Positions 58,301 to 64,000 of a DNA stretch of 64,000 nt are shown one piece after another. Where the stretch lies: assembly GCA_002684655.1 (NCBI GenBank), contig NYVR01000076.1:104-64103 (forward strand), in the 5' to 3' direction. The stretch is from Planctomycetota bacterium. Lineage in GTDB: Bacteria; Planctomycetota; UBA1135; UBA2386. The number at the start of each line of letters is the position of its first letter. Within the stretch, counting starts at the first letter, position 1. The notes beneath the pieces were generated by a model. That model was not told where the DNA came from. It saw only the letters and a list, made by a program, of their open reading frames with translations, and searched no databases. The translations under genes and the position numbers were made by a program.

Positions 58301-59055
58301 CGGGCGGTCCGCGGCGTCGACCGCGCGACGGCGAGACGCTCTACGGCGAAGGCCGCCTCGACGGCGTGATCGTAGACGGCGTCACGGAGGTCTCGGGTCT
58401 CGTCGTCACGGTCCCGCTCGCAGGGTCGATCACGGGGATCGTCACGGACGGATCCAACATGCCCGTCGCGAACGCCGAGATCGCCTACGTAGACAACAAC
58501 CGCGAGCGCCGTCGTCGCAGCGGTAACCCCCTCATCGACATGCTCGGCGCGTCCCGTCCGGTCCGGACGGGTGAGGACGGTCGGTTTGAGATTAAGGGGC
58601 TCACGCCCGGCGAATACACGCTACGCGTCGAGAGCGAGGCGCTGGAGGCAGGCAAGCTCGACGACGTCGTCGTGCAGCAGGAGCTGCCCACAGAGGTGCA
58701 GCTGCGCGTTGTGCGTGGCGCGACCTTGCGCGTGCGCGCGACGAACGTCGATAAGCAACAGATCCCGCTGGGCAACATCACCTTGCTCGACGGCAAGGGC
58801 AAGCCAGTGGTCAGCGGGCTCTCGACGTTCACGATCATGAGGCGGCTGATGTCGCGGCGTGACAAGGTGGAGAACTCGGGTTGGTATGAGTTCGGCAGCG
58901 TGCCGCCAGACACCTACACCGCGGTCCTCAGGGAGAAGGGCAAGGAGGACATCCGCATCGTGCGTACCATCCGCGACGGTGAGAAGGTCGAGTGGGACAT
59001 CGACGTCGGCCTCGAGTTGGAAGCCCGCGGTCGCGCGCGACAAGGCGGCAAGTAA
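55345..59055 (+). CDS. Giant secreted protein with about 11 carboxypeptidase-regulatory-like domains
   Basis: It has an N-terminal signal/anchor. A ~90-aa unit recurs with the pattern (V/L)xGxVxDxxGxPVxGAxV...TDxxGRFE(I/L)xG(L/I)xPGxYxL. Confidence 0.65.
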   Translation: MQQRPAVFIVLTLLLAVAAVYGLLGLGGASAPSAPATITDEAASGDALPSRGALPASTGQSDAVTLERAAAGGLTATTGVRGVVVDAKSGQPLGGVEVIAVKDQPSFAPVVDRFRGLFQDGMFVDTRATRRELGRTVSNPDGSFEILGVAPGRLFLDGRSDGWFVRTPASARIARGEVVEGVELRASPGGRLRGIVIGADGAPSPGASVNVRPGLNAFLGQITERQYRWLDTVTDDQGRFDIPGVPAGEGYTVSVTAPSVALEEVHGVSVRAGEVTALTVQAHQGAIVEGRVLDPDGEPVGGASVAMVYLDLSRVLFSADGRSEPLVTDADGRFRLEHVAAGRVAMVAAADDVAPSNIAELAVVDGGVYDDVLLQLGVGEAVAGVVVDDRDQPVAGAEVEVRPFERPNDPQFLKMMLKVRRVATTTDATGRFEVRGMTGERLVIQASKRGYTTAVASGVELDDPEIVVRVQRGVTIRGRVVVADGDEQKPVARFRVDTRSREVPKNEDGEVVAVGEESGRRRWRGRGRGGPPWEQGRRKRTQQMPEGMTMANRTGDGNWREVKSDAGRFELTGIPPGRIRLRVRADGFLSPDSQTIDLQPGGVSDELLFVCGGGESVVGRVVDTSGAPVSDAQVTAYKEDRGDGRRSGLRAMFKVDPEDFDFLALSTSQRTALSDSKGQFTVAALSPGDYRFTARHPDLAKASTKDVAIQAGVDTPPVEIVIDAGGAVEGTVTGLGMRPLTNALMVAFSLQAGSMRSGTTDQRGYYKIDGLPPGQYVVFKSRLDERADNIPLDLMSNMRLKTVTVRRGKTARLDVHDEGEDGVRIYGTVRENGEPVPRALISLLGSDREGLLGMGIRANAADMNGRYELIGIKPGDYVMQVTRFQGQPVQTTFEIEVPEDVRDYPFEVQLPTSTLRGVVLDSRGEPVEGIRVTLGSEDSGLSDQGGLVGMIAQNGLSQARTDERGAFEMKSISAGTYRLTAGAKGPGGPRRRPRDGETLYGEGRLDGVIVDGVTEVSGLVVTVPLAGSITGIVTDGSNMPVANAEIAYVDNNRERRRRSGNPLIDMLGASRPVRTGEDGRFEIKGLTPGEYTLRVESEALEAGKLDDVVVQQELPTEVQLRVVRGATLRVRATNVDKQQIPLGNITLLDGKGKPVVSGLSTFTIMRRLMSRRDKVENSGWYEFGSVPPDTYTAVLREKGKEDIRIVRTIRDGEKVEWDIDVGLELEARGRARQGGK

Positions 59056-60461
59056 TGCGCGCGTGGTCGCTGCTCGTCTACTCGGTGCTCGTCTCGACCC
59101 CTGTCGTGACCGCGCAAGGAGACCGCCACGAGATCGGCCTGCGGCTCCGCTCTTTTGAGCGATCGCTCGCCGAGGTAGAGGATCTCGGACGACGCGACGC
59201 GGCGTTCGTCGAGCTCGAGCGCGCGGTCCAGGCCTTCTTTGGCTTAGATATGAAGCGCGTCGCTGCGTCCATCGACGCTGCGACGCTCGCGCTCGAGGGA
59301 CGCGCGCCGCCGCCGGTCGAGCGTTACGCGCGGAGCCTGCAGCTGCGGCTCGGGAGGCGGCTCGTGGACGCGCGCGGCGGCAAGCTGTCGATCGAGGTGC
59401 GTCGTCTCTTCGAGGTCGAGGACGCGCCAGCGCCTACGCCTGAGCTGACGGTGGCGTGGCGCCTGCACTCCGAAGGCCGCTGGTCCCGCCGCGTCGTGGG
59501 CGAGCTGCCGGAGGTCTTCGAGTTCGACCTCGAGGCGCTGCCGGCCGGTGACCACGTCCTCCGTTGGTCGATCGCTGATGGTGCGCGAGTCCTCGTCGAG
59601 CGCGAGATGGCGTTCGCCGCGGCTACGGACCTCGACGGGCGGCTCGCGGCGGTCGGCGCTGCGGCGGACGCCGCGAAGAAGATCGCGCCGCGGTCCATCG
59701 AGTCGCTGACGCTCGCCTCGCTCAAGAGCCTGCTGCGCACGACGCAGCGGCGAACGGCCTACGAGACAGAGCTGCACGGCGCCGCGCTGCTCGACGAGGC
59801 CGAGCTCCTCGCTCGATGGGTGACGAGCGATCGCAGCGCGCGCGTCTATGGTCGAGAGCGGCCGGGGTCTTTTCGCGTGCGCGTGCCCGTCGGCGAGCGC
59901 GCTGTCTCCTGTCGCCTGTTTGCGCCGGACGTCGCCGACGGCGAGCGCCCGATCGTCGTGGCGCTGCACGGCGCCGGCGGCAGCGAGAACCTGTTCTTTG
60001 ACGGCTACGGCGACGGTTTGTGCGTCGAGCTGGCGCGGCAGCGCGGGTGGTTCGTGGTCGCGCCGCGCAACGGGATGGGTTTCGTCGATTGCGCGGGGCT
60101 CGTCGACGCGCTGTCCGAGCGCTTCTCGATCGCGCGCGGCCAGGTGTTCGTCGTCGGGCATTCCATGGGCGCGATGCAGGCGGTCAGCAACGTCTCGCGG
60201 ACGCCGGGTCGGTTCCGCGCGGTCGCGCCGATCGCCGGCGGCGGGCGCGTCACACGGGGCGATGAGCTCATGTCGGTGCCGTTCTTCGTCAGCGCTGGCG
60301 CGCGCGACTTCGGTCGAAGCGGCGCAAAGGGTCTGCATCGGCAGCTGATGGCGGCAGGCGTGGACTCAAGCTGGCGGCTGTATCCTTCGGTTGAGCACCT
60401 CGCCGTCGTGCAGGTGGCGCTGCCGGATGTGTTTGAGTTCTTTGACGAGCACGCGCGCTGA
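59055..60461 (+). CDS. Secreted alpha/beta hydrolase (esterase/depolymerase-like) with an unassigned N-terminal ~260 aa
   Basis: It has a signal peptide (MRAWSLLVYSVLVSTPVVTAQG). The hydrolase motifs are VVALHGAGGS and the nucleophile elbow VVGHSMGA. The ATG overlaps the upstream TAA (TAATG). Confidence 0.55.
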   Translation: MRAWSLLVYSVLVSTPVVTAQGDRHEIGLRLRSFERSLAEVEDLGRRDAAFVELERAVQAFFGLDMKRVAASIDAATLALEGRAPPPVERYARSLQLRLGRRLVDARGGKLSIEVRRLFEVEDAPAPTPELTVAWRLHSEGRWSRRVVGELPEVFEFDLEALPAGDHVLRWSIADGARVLVEREMAFAAATDLDGRLAAVGAAADAAKKIAPRSIESLTLASLKSLLRTTQRRTAYETELHGAALLDEAELLARWVTSDRSARVYGRERPGSFRVRVPVGERAVSCRLFAPDVADGERPIVVALHGAGGSENLFFDGYGDGLCVELARQRGWFVVAPRNGMGFVDCAGLVDALSERFSIARGQVFVVGHSMGAMQAVSNVSRTPGRFRAVAPIAGGGRVTRGDELMSVPFFVSAGARDFGRSGAKGLHRQLMAAGVDSSWRLYPSVEHLAVVQVALPDVFEFFDEHAR

Positions 60462-60574
60462 GTCGGTCGCCTCTGAGCGCTGCACACATCGAACGCTGCG
60501 GCTCGTCGATCGCTGTTGCGCTCAGCCGTGCGAACGCCGCGCTGCGGCTAGACTCTGCGCAGGCTCAGCAGACA

Positions 60575-62668
60575 ATGACCTGCATGCCCATCGCGCGCAC
60601 CGTGACGTCCTTCCTCGCCGGCGTCTTGTTGATGGCGGCGAACGCCGCGGCGACGTGGTCGATCGTGGTCGTCGATCTCGTCACCGGAGAAGTCGCCGTA
60701 GGGATCGCGACGTGCCTCACCGGCTTTGACCTGCGTCCCAGCACCGTGGTGGTTGTTCCTGGGCGAGGCGCGGCGGCGGCGCAGTCCTTCGTCGGCCCGT
60801 TATCGCTGCGGCAGTTGATCCGAGATGGATTTTTGACGGGCGACAGCGCCGCCCAGATTCTGCAGGCGCTGGCCAACGCGGACGGCGGTCATCAGTCGCG
60901 ACAGTACGGCATCGTTAGCCTCACCGGGGGCGAAGAGACGTTCACGGGCACCGGCGCCGGCGCGTGGGCCGGTGGCGTGGTCGGGCAGAGCGGCAACCTG
61001 CGCTACGCGATCCAGGGCAACATCTTGACCGGTCAGCCGGTAGTCACCGCAGCCGAACAGGCGCTCGTGACGACCCCCGGCGGCCTCCCCGACAAGCTGA
61101 TGGCGGCGATGGAGGCGGCCCGCGCGATGGGCGGCGACGGCCGGTGCTCATGCTCGCAGTTCTCGCCGACGGCCTGCGGCTCGCCGCCGCCGAGCTTCAA
61201 CAAGTCTTCGCACATCGCGCTGATGATCGTCAGTCGTCCGTCGGATGTAGACGCGCCCTGCGGCGCCGCGCTCGGGTGCGGCGCTGGGGACTACTGGCTG
61301 GACTTGAACGTCGCGAACCAACCTGCCAGCGCGCCCGACCCGGTGTTGACGCTGCAGGGTCTATTCCAGACGTGGAAGCAGAGCCAGGTCGGTCGCCCGG
61401 ACCACTATGCGTCGACGGCCACCGTCACCAACTCGGTCATCCGGGCTAACGGGCTGGACGAGGCGGTGGTCAACGTCGAACTGCGTGACGCCCAGAACAA
61501 TCCGCTCGGCAACAGCCTGCCGCTCGACGTGCAGCTCAGCGCGGACAGCACCGTCGCCGACGTCGTCTTCAGCCCGGTGAGCGCGCTCCCTGACGGGACC
61601 TACGAGTTCACCGTTCGCGGCGCCCTGCGGGCGGGGACGGCGGCGCTCGACATCTCGGTGACCGATACGCGCGGGCGCGTCGGGATCTGGCCGCGGCCGG
61701 TCGTCACGCTCGAGGACATGTTCGGGGCGTGCGGCGCGGGCGCGGTCCCGGACGGCCAGGGCGGCGCGCTGACAGCGCTGAAGGTGAACGGCAGCGGCGG
61801 CGTCGACCGCGTCGTCGAGGTCGGGTTCAGCCAGCCGTTTTCTTTGACGCTGTCTGCGCCCGTCGTCTCGACCCCGGCGTTCCCCGTAGGCATGTTCGCG
61901 CTCTGGGCGCACGCGGGGATCCCTGCGGCTGGCGCGACGCTGCCCCTCGGGGCCGCTCCTAACGCGCTCTGCTTTACGCCGTCGCCGCTGTTAGCGGGTG
62001 CGCCTACAGCGTTGGTCGCTGACTCATTTGGGCTGGGGTCGCCGGTGTTCGCTGCGCCTGCGCCGTTCACCTTGAGCGTGCCCGGGCTCCCGGTCTTGCT
62101 CGACGCCGTGCTCCAAGGCGCGGTGGTGGTGGATGCGCAGGGGACGTTCGCTGCGACCAACGCGGTCTTCCTGCGGATCCAGTCGTTGCCGCCGCCGGTG
62201 ATCACGAGCGTCAGCCCATTCGCGCCTGCGGCTGGCCAACTGGTGACCGTTGCGGGGTCCGCGTTCGCGCCCGGCATCGCGGCCGCGATTGACGGTGTCC
62301 TTGTCCCGTTGACCTACATCTCGCCGAGCTTGGTGTCGTTCACCATGCCTGCGGGCGCGTCCTGTGACGCGACGCTCGTGCTGGGCAACCCCGGCGGGTC
62401 GTCGGACGCGACGCCGCTGAACGGCTCGCCGACGATCACCAACTTGCCGTTCTCCTCCGGCCCGGCGGCAGGCGGCAACACCTTCATCGTCATCGGTCAG
62501 AACCTCGCCGGCTGCACCGTGACGGTGGGCGGGAGCCCGCTCGTCCCGATCGCGCAGACGGCCGTTTCGATCGTCGGCAGCGTGCCGCCCGGGTCGCCGG
62601 GCCCGGCGGCGGTCGTGATCACCAGCCCCTCGGGGTGCCAGACGACGGGCACCTACACCTATCAGTAG
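60575..62668 (+). CDS. Secreted multidomain protein: DUF1028 (Ntn-hydrolase-like), Big-like domain, recurrent module, then two IPT/TIG domains
   Basis: The signal peptide ends ANAAA and is followed by TWSIVVVDLVTGEVAVGIATC (DUF1028-like start). The IPT-like segments are ITSVSPFAPAAGQLVTVAGSAF and ITNLPFSSGPAAGGNTFIVIGQNL. Confidence 0.55.
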   Translation: MTCMPIARTVTSFLAGVLLMAANAAATWSIVVVDLVTGEVAVGIATCLTGFDLRPSTVVVVPGRGAAAAQSFVGPLSLRQLIRDGFLTGDSAAQILQALANADGGHQSRQYGIVSLTGGEETFTGTGAGAWAGGVVGQSGNLRYAIQGNILTGQPVVTAAEQALVTTPGGLPDKLMAAMEAARAMGGDGRCSCSQFSPTACGSPPPSFNKSSHIALMIVSRPSDVDAPCGAALGCGAGDYWLDLNVANQPASAPDPVLTLQGLFQTWKQSQVGRPDHYASTATVTNSVIRANGLDEAVVNVELRDAQNNPLGNSLPLDVQLSADSTVADVVFSPVSALPDGTYEFTVRGALRAGTAALDISVTDTRGRVGIWPRPVVTLEDMFGACGAGAVPDGQGGALTALKVNGSGGVDRVVEVGFSQPFSLTLSAPVVSTPAFPVGMFALWAHAGIPAAGATLPLGAAPNALCFTPSPLLAGAPTALVADSFGLGSPVFAAPAPFTLSVPGLPVLLDAVLQGAVVVDAQGTFAATNAVFLRIQSLPPPVITSVSPFAPAAGQLVTVAGSAFAPGIAAAIDGVLVPLTYISPSLVSFTMPAGASCDATLVLGNPGGSSDATPLNGSPTITNLPFSSGPAAGGNTFIVIGQNLAGCTVTVGGSPLVPIAQTAVSIVGSVPPGSPGPAAVVITSPSGCQTTGTYTYQ
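61718..62182 (+). other. Recurrent secreted-protein module, copy 4 (internal, followed by IPT domains)
   Basis: MFGACGAGAVPDGQGG...FSQPFSLTLSAPVVSTPAFPVGMFALWAHAG...LPLGAAPNALCFTPSPLL...LDAVLQGAVVVDAQGTFAATNAVFLRI. Confidence 0.5.
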
Positions 62669-64000
62669 ACGCTGGGGCTGCAGCCGCTCGTCGCGGCGCG
62701 CCATCGGCTGGGGCGCCGCGACGTCGGCGCCAGGTCGCGTTCGATCCGCCAGAACCCCTTGGCGAAGGGCTCGCCGCGGGTGATCCACGCGACGTCCTCG
62801 GCCGAGAGGCCGTAGGCGTCGGCGACCACGACGTCGACGCGCGTCTGGAGCGCGCGCCGCTCCTCAGGGTCGCGCGCCGGGGCGCGTGCGGCGCACCAGC
62901 CCTCGCGGGCGGCGTGATCCCAGAGCGGCGCGCTCCATGTCGTCGTCGCGCACAGCCGCAGGGCGAGCCGCGCGAGCTCGTCCTGGGCGGCGGCTGACAG
63001 CGGCGGCAGGGCGCAGTCCGTCAACACGAAGCGGTTGAGGTTGGTGCCGCTGAGGCGCATGCGCAGCGCCCAGTCGAACGGCAGCGACGCGATCGCGGCG
63101 GCAGCTGCGGCGAGGTCCCGGACCGGTTGGGTCGAACCCTCGGCGGGCGCGAGCACGCCGACGGAGTTGCCGCACGGCACATCGGGCAGCAGGCACGCGA
63201 TGGCGGTGCGCTCGTTCGTCGCGTTAGACAGGGCGCGGAGCCCGACGCGCGCGGGCGGTCGAGCCGCCGCTGCGCGGCGCCACGGCCCGGCTTCGACTAG
63301 GTAGAGCGGCCGCAGCTCGTCTGCATCATGCGGCGCGCGCCAACGGGTCTTATGTCCGACGCCGCGGTCATGTGCGCCGGCGTTGGCGTCGAGGTCGTAG
63401 ATCATCGCGCCCTGCGTGAGCGGCAGCAGGTCGGGCCTGTCCTCGGCGCGCCACACGCCGTCTGGTTCACCGGCGTAGCCGTCTGACTCGGCTCGCTCAC
63501 GCAGCACGAAGCGGTCTTTGTCCGAGGTCATGTTGAAGTCTCCCTGTCGCCACGTCAGCAGCCCCCCGGCGCCAAGCATCGGTCGCCCGACGCGCTGAAT
63601 GCGCCGCAGCAGGTCGAGGTCTCGGTGGTCCTCGACCTCCACGAGTGTGCCAGCGTTCGGGCTCAGCTCGCGGATGACCGCGCGCGGGTACTCGCAATGA
63701 TCAGGCCGCTCTGTCTGCCAACCTTCAACCGAGGTGCGGCTGAACGCAGCGCGCACGCTTTCGGTGCGCCCCCCCTTCGTCGCGATCACGACGCCGAATC
63801 GGTAGCGGCTGTCGATGTCGAAGATGCGCTCGCGGTTTTCGAATCCGTAGAGCCACTCCCATCGGCACTCGTCGAGCAGCATTTCGCGCAGCTGCGCGGC
63901 GTCCCGGTCGAACCACATGCTCGCCGGCAGGATGATCCCGAGCCGCCCGCCCGGGCGGAGTAACCGGTGCGCGCGCTCAAGGAACAGCCGGTAAGTGAAG
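62662..64000 (-). CDS. N6-adenine DNA methyltransferase (Eco57I / type IIG-like family), C-terminal part; the N-terminus lies beyond the window
   Basis: The frame stays open upstream of the tracked Met to the window edge. It reads ...FTYRLFLERAHRLLRPGGRLGIILPASMWFD, which is typical of the region after the catalytic motif in this methyltransferase family. A ~400-aa C-terminal domain is unassigned. Confidence 0.55.
   Translation of the reverse strand, partial: FTYRLFLERAHRLLRPGGRLGIILPASMWFDRDAAQLREMLLDECRWEWLYGFENRERIFDIDSRYRFGVVIATKGGRTESVRAAFSRTSVEGWQTERPDHCEYPRAVIRELSPNAGTLVEVEDHRDLDLLRRIQRVGRPMLGAGGLLTWRQGDFNMTSDKDRFVLRERAESDGYAGEPDGVWRAEDRPDLLPLTQGAMIYDLDANAGAHDRGVGHKTRWRAPHDADELRPLYLVEAGPWRRAAAARPPARVGLRALSNATNERTAIACLLPDVPCGNSVGVLAPAEGSTQPVRDLAAAAAAIASLPFDWALRMRLSGTNLNRFVLTDCALPPLSAAAQDELARLALRLCATTTWSAPLWDHAAREGWCAARAPARDPEERRALQTRVDVVVADAYGLSAEDVAWITRGEPFAKGFWRIERDLAPTSRRPSRWRAATSGCSPSVY

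Overview
This is a very GC-rich chromosomal segment, with third codon positions almost all G/C and long antisense shadow ORFs throughout. I call about 48 protein genes, one tRNA and two clear intrinsic terminators. I saw no rRNA, CRISPR array, transposase, integrase or phage genes. The gene content includes an orphan PilT, a eukaryote-like Ser/Thr kinase, a MoxR-DUF58-transglutaminase operon, and many secreted proteins and lipoproteins with carboxypeptidase-regulatory-like repeats. That mix resembles a Myxococcota-like high-GC Gram-negative genome, but this is inference only.

Layout:
- 0-2.5 kb: two carbohydrate esterases.
- 2.7-4.4 kb: a GAF-REC regulator and a lipoprotein.
- 4.5-8.6 kb: biotin operon bioB, a bioF-bioD fusion, and bioA.
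- 8.7-12.6 kb: a 1306-aa Pls-type (epsilon-poly-lysine-synthetase-like) membrane NRPS directly downstream of bioA.
- 12.8-17.6 kb: housekeeping and stress genes on the minus strand.
- 17.7-18.0 kb: an orphan terminator, a tRNA and its terminator.
- 18.4-62.7 kb: pilT, then a long run of secreted, lipoprotein and signalling genes.
- 62.7-64.0 kb: a truncated N6-adenine DNA methyltransferase at the right edge.

Most interesting observations:
1. The Pls-type homopoly(amino acid) synthetase has a hand-derived specificity code resembling Lys-type codes.
2. A roughly 130-155 aa Cys-containing module recurs in four otherwise unrelated secreted proteins.
3. A secreted His/Glu/Arg-rich protein is built from 30-bp tandem repeats.
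4. A strong plus-strand terminator has no upstream plus-strand gene, suggesting an sRNA.
5. A C9 homopolymer lies just upstream of a surface-protein gene.

All family assignments come from motif recognition by eye. No database search was run.
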